The notes under the pieces: model-generated
Databases searched by the model: none
Seen by the model: only the letters and a program-made list of their open reading frames with translations
What the model was told of the DNA's origin: nothing
Shown: positions 41,133 through 53,175 of the stretch, in pieces
Numbering within the stretch: position 1 is the first letter of the stretch
Layout: every line of letters starts with the position of its first letter
Source of the DNA: an uncultured Rickettsiales bacterium
GTDB taxonomy: Bacteria; Pseudomonadota; Alphaproteobacteria; Rickettsiales; UBA1997
Direction of reading: 5' to 3'
DNA: 64,000 nucleotides
Assembly (NCBI GenBank): GCA_944392135.1
Contig: CALXVQ010000002.1
Coordinates: 49,825-113,824, forward strand
Translations under genes and position numbers: made by a program

Positions 41133-44100
41133 ATGAAAAGAAACAGTTATAGTGAAATTTTAAAAATATTACCAGAGCAATCAAAAGATGCTATTATAAA
41201 TACTTTATCACTATTACCTCAAAATTTAATAGATTTTTTAAGAAATAAATTTTCAATTGAAGATGAACAATTTTTAGCAGATCCAGTATTTGAACCTATG
41301 TTTAGTTATAAATCATCAAATACTACTTTTGAAGAATTATCGCATACACTTTTAGATAAATCTTTTGTAAATGTTTTAAATAAAGCAAATAAATATAATT
41401 TTTCTAAAAAAATGAACCCATATGTTCACCAACTACAATCTTGGCAAATATTGTTAAATACTAATAATTCATTAGTTGTTTCAAGTGGTACAGGTTCTGG
41501 AAAAACTGAATGTTTTATGATTCCTATAATATCAGATTTAGTTAAACAATCAAAAATAAAATCAATGCCATTAGAGGGGGTGCAAGCATTATTTATATAT
41601 CCACTTAATGCTTTAATTCAAAATCAAAAAGAACGTTTTTCTGAATGGACAAAGCCATATAATGGCAAAGTTCGTTTTTGTCTTTATAACGGTTTATTAC
41701 CAAACAATATTCCAGTTCATGAACAAAACAACTCACCAGAAGAAATTCTTGATAGACAAAATCTTCATTCATCACCACCTCCACTTTTAATAACAAATAC
41801 TACAATGTTAGAATATATGCTTATTCGTGCGAATGATAAACAAATTATAGACAAATCAAAGGGAATGCTAAAATATATTGTTTTAGATGAAGCACATACA
41901 TATATCGGTTCGCAAGCAGCTGAATTGTCTTTACTTTTAAAAAGAGTTATAAATTCATTTGAAGTAGAAACACAAAATGTAAAATTTATTGCAACATCAG
42001 CAACAATTGGTAGTAAAAATGCTGAATTACAATTAAAACAATTTTTATCAAGTATTTCTGGTATTCAAGAAAATAATATAGATGTAGTTTTTGGTCAAAA
42101 GGAAATTTTAAATATTATATCTTGTAATACAAATAAAACCTTATCAGAATTACAAACGATAATAGATCCTGATATACTTATTAAAGAATTAAAAAATAAT
42201 AAATTTGCTTGTGAATTAAGATCTTTTTTTATTTCTAATGATGGTACATATTCTATTGCAAGAACTTTATCAGAAATATGTAATAAATTTAATATTTCTA
42301 AAGAAGAAGCCGCTCAATGGTTAGATTTATTATCTACTACACCACAAAATGAAACAGCTTTTTTACCTTTAAGATTACATTTATTTCATAAAACTTTTCC
42401 AGGTATTTGGGCATGTTGTGATAAAGATTGTAAATGCAAAGATAACATCAAGGATTGGAAATATGGAAAAATATATTTAAAAGAACGATATACTTGTGAT
42501 TGTGGAGCTCCTGTTTTTAGAGTAAAAGCCTGTTCTAATTGCGGAACACCATTTTTAGAGGCTAAAATAGCTGAAAATTATAATACAGGAAAAAGATACT
42601 TATATCCAACTATGTTTCAAGATATAGATGAATTTTTATTAGATGGTGATGAAAATGATATCATGGAAGAAGACAAACAAAGAGCAATAATTTTTAATTC
42701 TGAAGATAATTCATCATCAATTTATTTAGATATATCTGACAATTTATTATCTTTTGACAATAAAAATGGAGTAAAAATAAATGTTTTTGAAAATTATGAA
42801 GATATACATTGTTGTAATTCTCCCGAAGTTGAGCAATTTAAATCATTCTTACCAATACAAGGAGCACCATTTACTTTAAGTTATATTTTACCGACACTTT
42901 TAAATTATGCAGAGCCAGAAGATAAACCAGAAGAAAAGCCACACAAAGGACAAAAGATGATTTGTTTTACAGATAGTCGGCAAGGTACTGCTCGTTTAGC
43001 TACTCAACTGCAACAAAATTCAGAAAAGAATACTTTTAGAAGTATATTATTACATGTAATTGCATTATTAGAACAAAATAATATCAAAAGTGAAGAAAAT
43101 GATGTTAACAAGCTTTTTAAATTACAAAAATTATATGAACAAACAAAATCTCATATTATACTTGATATAATTAAGGAGCAAAGAGAGAAACAACAAAATT
43201 CTATTATTAAACAAAGTGATATTATAAAACAAATTTTAAGCGAATTTAACAATAACGATTTGAAATGGATATATAATTATTATCTTGATAAAGATTATAT
43301 TTTTGGTAGAGATGAAGGTAAAAATAATTTAGTAGAAATATTATTTGCTAGAGAATTATTGAGACGACCTAAAAAAGCAAATAATGTTGAAACTCTTGGA
43401 TTATTAGCAACAAATTATGATTTTAGTAATGTTATTAATGTACCAGAAACTATTAAATCTTATTTTAGTTTAGATGAATGGAAAAATTTTCTTAAAATAT
43501 TAATAGATTTTTATATTCGTGCTAATGGCTATGTTACATATCCTGAAAATTGGGATAAATGGGGAGCTATGCAAAAAAAGAGCAATCAATTAAAACGAGA
43601 AGACTGGCCTAAGGCTAAAAAAAAGAAAAACAGAAATATTATAAATTTATTATCTTATGCCCTTAACTTAGATGTAAATAATGATTTAGACTTGGATATA
43701 TTAAATCAAATTATGAAAGAGGCATGGAAAGCTTTAACTACTACCACAAAAATATTAGAAGCATCAACAAATCAAATATATAGCTTTGATATCAAAAAAA
43801 TGGGTTTAAAGAGACCGAAACAAATATATATATGTCCTATAACAAATAAAGCCTTAGATGTGGTATTAAAAGGTTATTCACCATATTCTTCAAGTAAAAA
43901 TACACCAAAATGTCAAAAATATGATTATCCTATTTATGATTTTAATAATGAGCTAGGAAAATCCTATGAAGAATGTATATTATTGCGACAAAAATGGCTT
44001 GAAACTGATCAAAATATTCAAAAATTAAAACAATTAGGTTTATGGAATAATGTGGCTAGCTCAATTATTTTAGGTAATAGATATTTTAGAACAGCAGAAC

Positions 44101-47100
44101 ATTCTGCTCAACAACAAAATGAAACATTAAAAAGATATGAAGATGATTTTAAAAGTGGTAAAATTAATGTGCTTAATTGTTCAACCACTATGGAAATGGG
44201 TATTGATATTGGTGGTATTACAATTACATCAATGAACAATGTACCACCTCATCCAGCTAATTATTTGCAACGAGCTGGTCGTGCTGGTAGAAGAAAAGAA
44301 ACAAAAGCTATAAGTTTTACTTTATGTAAAGATAATTCACATGATCAATATGTATTTACTCATCCAAAATGGGCATTTGAATCAGAAATAAAGGCTCCAT
44401 ATGTTGATAAATATAGTTTTATTATTTTACAACGTCATGTCAATTCTTTGCTATTATCATATTATTTTGATTCAATTAAAAGTGAAATAAATGATGCAAC
44501 AAAATTAAATATGGAATGGTTAATGTTGCCTAAAGAAAAAAATAGACTTACTCAGTTTAAACAATTTTGCAAAGATTCTATTAGAACAAATAATAAAGTA
44601 CAATTAGCTATCAAGTCTTTAATTAAAAATACACACTATCAATATATTAATTTTGACGATTTTGTATCGCAGTTAAGTTTTTTAATCGAAAATATGCAAA
44701 ATAAATGGTTTAATGAGTATGAATCAATTCAAGAGCAAAAGGCTAGGGAAAAAGATCATAAAATCAGTTTAATTGCTATTAAAAATGTAGAAAATAGATT
44801 AATTAAAGAATATTTATTAAAAGAATTAATTGAATATGGTATTTTACCACGATATGGATTTCCAATTAATATTGTTACATTTAATACAAATAATAGATAT
44901 AATGTAGAGAATTTAAATAATCGTATTAGTCGCAATCTTTTGAGTAGAGAAGATAATTTATTTAAATATCGTGAACTCCCATCAAGAGATATTTGTACAG
45001 CTTTAAGTGAATATGCACCAGGTAGTGATGTTGTTATAGATGGTTTAGTTTATAAATCGGCGGGTATTACATTAAACTGGCATATTCCTGCTTCTGAGGC
45101 AGAAGTTAAAGAAATACAATCAATTCGTTATTTATGGCGATGTAGTAAATGTGGTGCAAGTGGCACATCTACAAATTTACTTAACATTCATTGCGATGTA
45201 TGTGGGGAAGAAATTAATAAGAAAAATATTTGTAAATATATACAACCTGCAGGTTTTTCTGTTGATTTTAATACTCCTGTTAATAATAATGTTTCTATTC
45301 AGCATTTTATAAATTTATGCGAACCTTTGATTACAGCTCATAATGATTTAAATAATTATCTGGGATTATCATATATAAAATATAAAAGTGATAGAAATGG
45401 AAGTGTAATTAATTATTCAAATGGTGGAGGTAATGGATATATTCTTTGTTTAGAATGCGGTAGAGTTGTTGCTAATAATGATAAAAACAGAAAAAAATTT
45501 AAAAATTCTCATGATCGTTTGAGAAGTAGTAGTAATCTTAATAATAATAATTATAAAATCAAATGTGAACATTCACCATATGCAATTGTAGAAAATATTC
45601 TACTTGGAGTGGAAATGAAGACGGATGTTTTAGAATTTATTTTATCAGATATTCACAATGAAATAATTAAAGATAAAACATTAGCATATTCTTTAGCTGT
45701 GGCTATTCGTAGCGGTATTGCAAAATATATGAATATTGATGTAGATGAAATTGGGTGTATAGCAAAAGAAATTAAACTTGTTGGTTCTAATAAAAAAGGT
45801 TTTGCAATAGAACTTTTTGATAAAAATGCTTCGGGTTATTGCTCTTCGGAGGATATAATTAAAAATCTTAGCACAATACTCTTATATGCTAAGGATATTT
45901 TAACTTGTGATTGTATACAATCTTGTAATAAATGTATATTGCAAAATGATACAAAATATAATTATAGATATTTAGATAGACAAAAAGCTCTAGAATTTTT
46001 AACAGATGAATGGATTGCTAAAAATACATTATCGGATAATATGAAGATTTTTGGAGATACAACTATTATTACATCGGCAAGTATTGAAAGTTTAATTGAA
46101 GATACTCCAAATATTAAGGAATTATACCTTATTATTCCAGAAAAAAGTGATGATGACGATTTCTCAAATTCACCGTTATATAGATTAATAAATAGATATA
46201 ATGCAAAAGGTATTAATACGATAATTTGTTTTAATATTGAAACTATTACTAATGATACAAAAGAAATACTAACATTATTATCTAAATATAAAAATGTTTC
46301 TTTAAAAACAATTCCAACAAATATAGATAAAAATATAATGACTATTGTTCATAGTGGTGATAATTATTATGCTTATGGATCTCTTGATTGCGATGTAAAA
46401 AAACTTAATTCATATTGGGGTAGTAATATAAATACATCTATATTATCCGGATATCTATCAATAGATAAATTTAATTTTAACACTATTGAATTGAAAGAAA
46501 ATACAAATAATAATTTTGATAAGATGTATGATATTTCATTAGAAGTCAACGGCTTAGGTGTTTTATATGGACAAAATTTATTAAATATTTTAGCAGATAG
46601 TCTAGATAATGGAATTACATCTAATATCGTCAAAATAACATATAAAGATAGATATATAAAAAATCCATTATCATGTGGTTTATTTTTTAATTTTATAAAA
46701 GCATTAAAAGCTAGATATAAAAATATTTGGTCTTGTAAAAATATTACTTTATTAACATCTAGAAGTGATGATAATATAAAATATACACCCGGCAGATTTT
46801 ATGATGAATGGCCAAATGCAGATGATAAAAAAAATGTTTTAAAAGAACTATTTAATACCATAGATATAGAACTTGGCATTCAAGAAAAAAATAAAAAATA
46901 TCTAGAACATAATAGAATTTTAATAATAGAATTAGAAAATGGAGATATTATTAATTTAATTTTTGACCAAGGTTTTTCATATTGGAGATGTATTTCATCT
47001 AATTATTATGAAAATATGTTTCCTTTTGATGCTAATATTGATTTTCAAGTTCATAAGATTGCGACAGAATTACCAAATATAATTGGTGATATCTATCCAA

Positions 47101-47135
47101 CAAAAATTTTTTATAATAAGTCTTCTAAATATTGA
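41133..47135 (+). CDS. druE: Druantia DruE: SF2 DEAH helicase with DUF1998 domain
   Basis: SGTGSGKTE, DEAH, SAT, QRAGRAGR, FTDSRQ, several CxxC, CDC..SCNKC; directly after druH. Confidence 0.88.
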   Translation: MKRNSYSEILKILPEQSKDAIINTLSLLPQNLIDFLRNKFSIEDEQFLADPVFEPMFSYKSSNTTFEELSHTLLDKSFVNVLNKANKYNFSKKMNPYVHQLQSWQILLNTNNSLVVSSGTGSGKTECFMIPIISDLVKQSKIKSMPLEGVQALFIYPLNALIQNQKERFSEWTKPYNGKVRFCLYNGLLPNNIPVHEQNNSPEEILDRQNLHSSPPPLLITNTTMLEYMLIRANDKQIIDKSKGMLKYIVLDEAHTYIGSQAAELSLLLKRVINSFEVETQNVKFIATSATIGSKNAELQLKQFLSSISGIQENNIDVVFGQKEILNIISCNTNKTLSELQTIIDPDILIKELKNNKFACELRSFFISNDGTYSIARTLSEICNKFNISKEEAAQWLDLLSTTPQNETAFLPLRLHLFHKTFPGIWACCDKDCKCKDNIKDWKYGKIYLKERYTCDCGAPVFRVKACSNCGTPFLEAKIAENYNTGKRYLYPTMFQDIDEFLLDGDENDIMEEDKQRAIIFNSEDNSSSIYLDISDNLLSFDNKNGVKINVFENYEDIHCCNSPEVEQFKSFLPIQGAPFTLSYILPTLLNYAEPEDKPEEKPHKGQKMICFTDSRQGTARLATQLQQNSEKNTFRSILLHVIALLEQNNIKSEENDVNKLFKLQKLYEQTKSHIILDIIKEQREKQQNSIIKQSDIIKQILSEFNNNDLKWIYNYYLDKDYIFGRDEGKNNLVEILFARELLRRPKKANNVETLGLLATNYDFSNVINVPETIKSYFSLDEWKNFLKILIDFYIRANGYVTYPENWDKWGAMQKKSNQLKREDWPKAKKKKNRNIINLLSYALNLDVNNDLDLDILNQIMKEAWKALTTTTKILEASTNQIYSFDIKKMGLKRPKQIYICPITNKALDVVLKGYSPYSSSKNTPKCQKYDYPIYDFNNELGKSYEECILLRQKWLETDQNIQKLKQLGLWNNVASSIILGNRYFRTAEHSAQQQNETLKRYEDDFKSGKINVLNCSTTMEMGIDIGGITITSMNNVPPHPANYLQRAGRAGRRKETKAISFTLCKDNSHDQYVFTHPKWAFESEIKAPYVDKYSFIILQRHVNSLLLSYYFDSIKSEINDATKLNMEWLMLPKEKNRLTQFKQFCKDSIRTNNKVQLAIKSLIKNTHYQYINFDDFVSQLSFLIENMQNKWFNEYESIQEQKAREKDHKISLIAIKNVENRLIKEYLLKELIEYGILPRYGFPINIVTFNTNNRYNVENLNNRISRNLLSREDNLFKYRELPSRDICTALSEYAPGSDVVIDGLVYKSAGITLNWHIPASEAEVKEIQSIRYLWRCSKCGASGTSTNLLNIHCDVCGEEINKKNICKYIQPAGFSVDFNTPVNNNVSIQHFINLCEPLITAHNDLNNYLGLSYIKYKSDRNGSVINYSNGGGNGYILCLECGRVVANNDKNRKKFKNSHDRLRSSSNLNNNNYKIKCEHSPYAIVENILLGVEMKTDVLEFILSDIHNEIIKDKTLAYSLAVAIRSGIAKYMNIDVDEIGCIAKEIKLVGSNKKGFAIELFDKNASGYCSSEDIIKNLSTILLYAKDILTCDCIQSCNKCILQNDTKYNYRYLDRQKALEFLTDEWIAKNTLSDNMKIFGDTTIITSASIESLIEDTPNIKELYLIIPEKSDDDDFSNSPLYRLINRYNAKGINTIICFNIETITNDTKEILTLLSKYKNVSLKTIPTNIDKNIMTIVHSGDNYYAYGSLDCDVKKLNSYWGSNINTSILSGYLSIDKFNFNTIELKENTNNNFDKMYDISLEVNGLGVLYGQNLLNILADSLDNGITSNIVKITYKDRYIKNPLSCGLFFNFIKALKARYKNIWSCKNITLLTSRSDDNIKYTPGRFYDEWPNADDKKNVLKELFNTIDIELGIQEKNKKYLEHNRILIIELENGDIINLIFDQGFSYWRCISSNYYENMFPFDANIDFQVHKIATELPNIIGDIYPTKIFYNKSSKY

Positions 47136-47312
47136 TTGAAGGCTAATATTATAATTTAAAATAATAATATTAAATATAAAATATTTTATTTAATACATTT
47201 TAATTTTATTATAATAAAATAGAATATTTTCCCCCCACTTTCTCTTTATTTATCTTGAAAAATTAAATTGAATTAAGTAAATTTTGACTAATTAAATATT
47301 AAAAATTAAGGT

Positions 47313-49142
47313 ATGTCAACGGATTTAAACAAAATAAGAAATTTTGCGATTATTGCACATATAGATCATGGAAAATCAACACTTGCTGATAGGTTGATTG
47401 AGTATTGTGGCGGTGTGGAAAAAAGGGAGATGGAAGATAGAATACTTGATAGTATGGAACTTGAGAAGGAGAAGGGGATTACGATTAAGTCGCAGACTGT
47501 TAGGTTGAATTATAAGGCGGATGATGGAAATGATTATGTTTTGAATCTTATGGATACTCCGGGACATGTTGATTTTGGTTATGAGGTTAGCAGGTCGTTA
47601 GCTTCTTGTGAAGGAAGTTTGCTTGTTGTGGATGCGACACAAGGTGTTGAGGCACAAACTCTTGCTAATGCTTATCAAGCTATTGATAACAACCATGAAA
47701 TCATACCTGTTTTGAATAAAGTTGACTTGCCTTCTGCTGATGTTGAAAAAACAAAAAAGCAAATTGAAGAAATTATTGGGCTTAATACATCTTGTGCTGT
47801 TGAAGCTTCTGCAAAAACTGGAATTGGTGTTCATGAAATTCTTGAAAGTATTGTACATTTATTACCACCACCAAAAGGTGATATAAATGCTCCACTTAAA
47901 GTTTTAATTGTTGACAGCTGGTACGATAGCTACATTGGAATTGTTATTCTTGTTAGAGTTATTGATGGAAAATTAAAAAGGGGTGATAAAATTAAAATGC
48001 ACTCTACCCAAAACACATTTCAAGTTGATCAAGCTGGTATTTTTACACCTAAAAAGGTTAAAGTTGATGAATTAGGAGCTGGCGAAATTGGCTACTTCAC
48101 AGCTCAAATGAAAACTTTAAGCGATTGCAAAGTTGGTGATACAGTTGTTTATGCTGACGACATAACCACACAACCATTGCCTGGCTTTAAACCTAACATG
48201 CCAGTTGTTTTTTGTGGAATGTATCCTGTTGATGCCAGCGACTACGACAACTTCAAAGAAAGCATTGCAAAACTTCACCTAAACGATGCCAGCTTTGAAT
48301 ACGAGCCCGAAACATCTTCTGCCCTCGGCTTTGGTTTTAGATGTGGCTTTTTAGGGCTACTACACCTTGAAATCATACAAGAAAGACTTGACAGAGAATA
48401 CAATTTAGACTTAATAACCACTGCCCCATCGGTTATTTATAGAATATACACAAACACTACCAAAGGCTTCAAATTTGAAGAAGGCAAAGACTATCTTGAA
48501 ATTCACAACCCAGCTGATATGCCAGAACCGCAATACATTACAAAGATGGAAGAACCTTGGATTACCGCCACAATTATGACTCCCGACGAATATCTAGGTG
48601 ATGTCTTAAAACTTTGCACCGACAGAAGGGGCATACAAAAAAATCTATCATACATTGGCGACAGAGCAGTATTGACTTACAGACTTCCACTAAATGAAAT
48701 TGTTTATGACTTTTACGACAAACTCAAATCATACACAAAAGGCTATGCAAGCTTTGACTGGCAAGTTGACAGCTACGAAGAATCAAAACTCGTCAAAGTT
48801 GGCATACTCGTAAACGGCGAAAATGTAGATGCTCTTTCCCTAATCATGCATCAATCACAAGCCATCAAAAAAGGCCGACAACTCGTAGAAAAACTCAAAG
48901 AAGAAATACCACGACAAATGTTCAAAATCGCCATCCAAGCCTCCATGGACGGCAAAATCATCGCCCGAGAAGACCTCTCCGGCTACAAAAAAGATGTCCT
49001 TGCAAAATGCTACGGAGGCGACATCTCCCGAAAGAAAAAACTCCTCGAAAAACAAAAAAAAGGTAAAAAACGAATGCGAAGTGTCGGCAATGTAGAAATT
49101 CCACAAAGTGCATTCTTGGCAGTGTTGAAGGTGGGGGATTAG
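47313..49142 (+). CDS. lepA: translation elongation factor 4
   Basis: [39 protein letters not shown]. Confidence 0.99.
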   Translation: MSTDLNKIRNFAIIAHIDHGKSTLADRLIEYCGGVEKREMEDRILDSMELEKEKGITIKSQTVRLNYKADDGNDYVLNLMDTPGHVDFGYEVSRSLASCEGSLLVVDATQGVEAQTLANAYQAIDNNHEIIPVLNKVDLPSADVEKTKKQIEEIIGLNTSCAVEASAKTGIGVHEILESIVHLLPPPKGDINAPLKVLIVDSWYDSYIGIVILVRVIDGKLKRGDKIKMHSTQNTFQVDQAGIFTPKKVKVDELGAGEIGYFTAQMKTLSDCKVGDTVVYADDITTQPLPGFKPNMPVVFCGMYPVDASDYDNFKESIAKLHLNDASFEYEPETSSALGFGFRCGFLGLLHLEIIQERLDREYNLDLITTAPSVIYRIYTNTTKGFKFEEGKDYLEIHNPADMPEPQYITKMEEPWITATIMTPDEYLGDVLKLCTDRRGIQKNLSYIGDRAVLTYRLPLNEIVYDFYDKLKSYTKGYASFDWQVDSYEESKLVKVGILVNGENVDALSLIMHQSQAIKKGRQLVEKLKEEIPRQMFKIAIQASMDGKIIAREDLSGYKKDVLAKCYGGDISRKKKLLEKQKKGKKRMRSVGNVEIPQSAFLAVLKVGD

Positions 49143-49173
49143 AAATAGAAGATATTAATAATAGAGAAAAGAT

Positions 49174-51090
49174 ATGAAGGAAGCAAAAACAGATTTATGG
49201 GTTTATAATTTATTAAAAGATGCTAACATTGAATTAGAACCACAAGGTAGTGAAATAAAAGAAATAAATGAAGCTCTAAAAACAGCATCAAAAAAACAAA
49301 CAGGATATTCTGGTCGTCCTGAATATATTGGTATTGTTAATGATTTTGTTCTAATAATTGAAGATAAAGCGGATTTATCTAAACATATAAAAATAGATGA
49401 TGGTATTATTTCAAAAAATATTTCTGATGTTGTTAATTATGCTGTAAATGGTGCATTATATTATGCACAACATATAGCAAAAAATACAAGTTATAAAAAA
49501 ATAATAGCTTTTGGTGTTTCTGGTGATGAAAAAAGACATAGAATTACACCGATTTTTGTTGATAATACAACAGATTATAGAGAATTACAAGATGTTGAAT
49601 CTTTTATAAATTTCAATAATAAAAATATACAAGAATACTATATTCATGAAATTTTAAAAGAAGATACAAATGAAGAAAAAGATATAGAAGAAATATTGAA
49701 GGAAGCTAAAAATTTACATGAAGATTTAAGAAATTATGGAAATCTAACAGATACAGATAAACCATTGGTTGTTTCAGGTATTTTATTGGCATTAGATGAA
49801 ATCAAAAATGGAAATTTTTCTATTAATAATTTAACTGGTGATGCTTTTAAAACAGATGGGCAAAAAATTTATGAAGCAATAGAATCTAATTTAAAAAGAG
49901 TTAGAGTTTCACCAGATGTAAAAAGAGATAAAATTTTATCTCAATTTTCTATAATAAAAGATACTACAAAACTAAATGAAATAAATAAAACACTTAATAA
50001 AACACCATTAAAATATTTTGCAGAATTTCTTTATGATAATATTTTTAAATCTATAAAATATATTAAGTCTTCTGAAGATTATATAGGTAGATTTTATGGC
50101 GAATTTATGAGTTATAGTGGGTCAAATGCACAATCATTAGGTATAGTTTTAACTCCAAAACATATAACTCAATTATTTTGTGATTTAGCAAATATTCAAG
50201 TGGACGATGTTGTTTTAGATCCATGTTGCGGAACTGGTGGTTTTTTAATTGCAGCAATGCATAATATGTTTAAATTAGCAAAAGATAAAAATACTATTGA
50301 AAATATAAAAGAAAAACAATTACATGGTTTTGAATTACAACCATACATGTTTGCAATAGCTACTACAAATATGATTTTAAGGGGTGATGGCAAAAGTAAT
50401 ATTATAAATGAAGATTTTTTATTACAAAATCCAAAAAAACTACAAGAAAAAATGGCAACAATTGGTTTTATGAACCCCCCATATAGTCAAGGCTCTAAAA
50501 AAAATCCAAACTTATATGAAATATCTTTTGTTGAACATTTACTTAATTCATTGGTAAAAGGTGCTAAATGTATAGTCATTGTTCCACAATCTTCTATGAC
50601 AGGAAAAACAAAAGACGAGCAAAATATAAAAGCAAATATTTTAAAAAATCATACTTTAGAAGGTGTTATTACACTAAATAAAGATACATTTTATGGGGTT
50701 GGAACTATGCCTTGTATTGCAGTATTTACAGCAGGCAAGCCACATCAAAAAGATAAAATTTGTAAATTTATAAATTTTGAAAATGATGGTTTTAAGGTAA
50801 AGCCTCATGTAGGTTTAGTTGAAACAGAATCAGCAAAAGATAAAAAACAACACTTATTAGATGTATGGTTTGATAGAATTGAAGATACTACAAAATTTTG
50901 TGTAAAGACTACTATAGAAGATAGCGATGAATGGCTACATAGTTTTTATTATTTTAATGATGAAATACCTACAGATGAAGATTTTGAAAAAACTATAAAC
51001 GATTATCTAACTTTTGAATTTTCAATGATTATGCAAGGTAGAAAATATTTATTTGAAGAAAATAACGATGAGGTTGATAATGAATCTTAA
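49174..51090 (+). CDS. BcgI-like fused restriction endonuclease/N6-adenine methyltransferase
   Basis: N-terminal PE...IEDK nuclease motif and AVNGALYY; DPCCGTGGF; NPPY; 638 aa. Confidence 0.85.
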   Translation: MKEAKTDLWVYNLLKDANIELEPQGSEIKEINEALKTASKKQTGYSGRPEYIGIVNDFVLIIEDKADLSKHIKIDDGIISKNISDVVNYAVNGALYYAQHIAKNTSYKKIIAFGVSGDEKRHRITPIFVDNTTDYRELQDVESFINFNNKNIQEYYIHEILKEDTNEEKDIEEILKEAKNLHEDLRNYGNLTDTDKPLVVSGILLALDEIKNGNFSINNLTGDAFKTDGQKIYEAIESNLKRVRVSPDVKRDKILSQFSIIKDTTKLNEINKTLNKTPLKYFAEFLYDNIFKSIKYIKSSEDYIGRFYGEFMSYSGSNAQSLGIVLTPKHITQLFCDLANIQVDDVVLDPCCGTGGFLIAAMHNMFKLAKDKNTIENIKEKQLHGFELQPYMFAIATTNMILRGDGKSNIINEDFLLQNPKKLQEKMATIGFMNPPYSQGSKKNPNLYEISFVEHLLNSLVKGAKCIVIVPQSSMTGKTKDEQNIKANILKNHTLEGVITLNKDTFYGVGTMPCIAVFTAGKPHQKDKICKFINFENDGFKVKPHVGLVETESAKDKKQHLLDVWFDRIEDTTKFCVKTTIEDSDEWLHSFYYFNDEIPTDEDFEKTINDYLTFEFSMIMQGRKYLFEENNDEVDNES

Positions 51091-51577
51091 TAATAAAAAA
51101 TGGAAAGAGTTTGAGCTTTCTAGTATTTTTAGAAATTATCATGGAAAAAGATTAACAAAAGAAAATAGAAAAATTGGTAATATTCCATTATTAACTGCAA
51201 CAGAAAATATGCAAGGTATTAGTAGTTTTATTTCTAATACAAATATGAATACTTATATTGATTTTATATCTATAGATATGTTTGGACATGGATTTTATCA
51301 TAATTATTTATGTTGTGGTGACGATAATATTTATTTTTTTATTAATGATAAAATTTCAAAATTTAGTAAATTATTTATAGTATCTTGTATTAATAAAAAT
51401 TCAAATAATTTTTCTTATGGCAAACAATTTAGACAACATAATGCTGATAAAAATAAAATTCTTCTTCCAATAAATTCAAAAGGTGAACCTGACTATGAAT
51501 TTATGGAAAATTATATAAAAAACATTATGATTAAAAAATATAAAAACTACTTAAAGTATATAGAAAATGCAAAGTAA
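51080..51577 (+). CDS. R-M specificity (S) subunit, single TRD
   Basis: KWKEFELSSIF start and ILLPINSKGEPDYEFMENYI end; ATG 51080 has GAGG RBS; 165 aa. Confidence 0.8.
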   Translation: MNLNNKKWKEFELSSIFRNYHGKRLTKENRKIGNIPLLTATENMQGISSFISNTNMNTYIDFISIDMFGHGFYHNYLCCGDDNIYFFINDKISKFSKLFIVSCINKNSNNFSYGKQFRQHNADKNKILLPINSKGEPDYEFMENYIKNIMIKKYKNYLKYIENAK

Positions 51578-52235
51578 TAATGAGTTAATTTTAAAATTGG
51601 ATAAAATAATTAAAGATGGTAATGAATTATTAAAAACTAAATATCATAATGGGATAAGTATATCTTTAAATGAAGAAAAATCAACAAAATGGTATACTAA
51701 TCTTAAAATGTTTATTGATCAATATAAGAATTTTAGTTATTTATTAAATGAACCATTTTATGGATTTGATGCATCAAAACAAGTTAAAAAAATAATATAT
51801 AAATTAGAAGTTATAAAAGATAATATAAATAATAATATTATTGAAGAAAACAACAATATTAAAAATAGTTTTAATATAATGATAGATAAAGATATTTATA
51901 ATCACATAGAAAAATATTTAGAAGTTGAAGATTATTATCATGCTATTGAAGAAGCTTATAAAATTAATAGGGAAAAATTAAGAGAAATTGTTGGTGATGA
52001 AAAAGCAAATAATGCTTTTAAAGATGAAAATCTTGAAAAAATTTTTGGGCATAAACCAAAATCACAAACTGAAAAAGATTTTTTTGATGGTATTAAATTT
52101 TTACATATGTCAATACAAATGTTTAGAAATGAAAATTTTCATAATTTAGCTAAAAATTTAGATAAAAATCAAGCTTATCATTATATTGTTTTAGCTAGTT
52201 TAGCATATCAATTAATTAATAATAAAAATGAATGA
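51567..52235 (+). CDS. TIGR02391-family protein
   Basis: HAIEEAYK..REKLR, FRNENFH (Rx4H), LASL motifs. Confidence 0.75.
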   Translation: MQSNNELILKLDKIIKDGNELLKTKYHNGISISLNEEKSTKWYTNLKMFIDQYKNFSYLLNEPFYGFDASKQVKKIIYKLEVIKDNINNNIIEENNNIKNSFNIMIDKDIYNHIEKYLEVEDYYHAIEEAYKINREKLREIVGDEKANNAFKDENLEKIFGHKPKSQTEKDFFDGIKFLHMSIQMFRNENFHNLAKNLDKNQAYHYIVLASLAYQLINNKNE

Positions 52236-53175
52236 GATTAAAATATTATTTTTAAAAGATTTAAAAAATATTATAAAAGAAAGAATAGAAAAGATTATTA
52301 ATTATAATAATTTTTCTAAACCAAAAACTTTTGAAAAAGAAATAATAATGTTAAATACTAAAGATTTATTTAGTAAATATTGTATATTTTGCAATAGTTT
52401 AATTAATTCTTCATTTAAAAAACAAGTTTTTTTATCAAAAGAATTATTAACTAATCCATTGTATCGAAAATATTGCGATAAAATTCAACTAATCAAAACA
52501 AAATTAGAAAAATGCGAAAATGTAAATCATTTTTTAAGTCAAAATATAGAAAATATATTTATAAAATTTAATAAAACAGATAAATTATTATTAGAATGGT
52601 CAATATATCATTTACATTTTGATGAATTTTTATCAGGAATAAAAAATAATAATAGATCAAAGGAATTGTTATTTATATATATTGATCATAATAATGTATA
52701 TTTTTTAGATATATTAGAACATGATTTTGTTAATAAAAGATTATTAGAAATTATAGATAATAATTGGCCAGAAATATTTAATAAAAATTTTGTAATAGAA
52801 AATTATACTGGAACAGATTTTAGTCCAGAAGAAATAAAAAATTTTAGAAAAAATAATATTATATATTTAGATAAAATAAATAATAAAACTATTTACCCTC
52901 AATATATTTATAATATTAATTATTACGATGCTTTTTATGCTAATTTAATTACTTCTTTTAAAGATTTAAAAGAAACTATTATTAATAATTCAGATTATTT
53001 TTTACAAAAAATTAAATGTAATAATTGTCATATATCTTTAGATATATATAATAATAGATTAATAATATATGACAAAAATAATATAAAAACTTTAAATATA
53101 CTAAATGATAAAAATTTATTACAACATATATTAAAAATTAAAAAATATTTAAGTTTGTGTGGTCTTATATATTAG
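52228..53175 (+). CDS. hypothetical protein (defence-island context)
   Basis: Overlapping start; DKLLLEWSIYHLHF...RSKELLF...FLDILEH core. Confidence 0.7.
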   Translation: MNEIKILFLKDLKNIIKERIEKIINYNNFSKPKTFEKEIIMLNTKDLFSKYCIFCNSLINSSFKKQVFLSKELLTNPLYRKYCDKIQLIKTKLEKCENVNHFLSQNIENIFIKFNKTDKLLLEWSIYHLHFDEFLSGIKNNNRSKELLFIYIDHNNVYFLDILEHDFVNKRLLEIIDNNWPEIFNKNFVIENYTGTDFSPEEIKNFRKNNIIYLDKINNKTIYPQYIYNINYYDAFYANLITSFKDLKETIINNSDYFLQKIKCNNCHISLDIYNNRLIIYDKNNIKTLNILNDKNLLQHILKIKKYLSLCGLIY

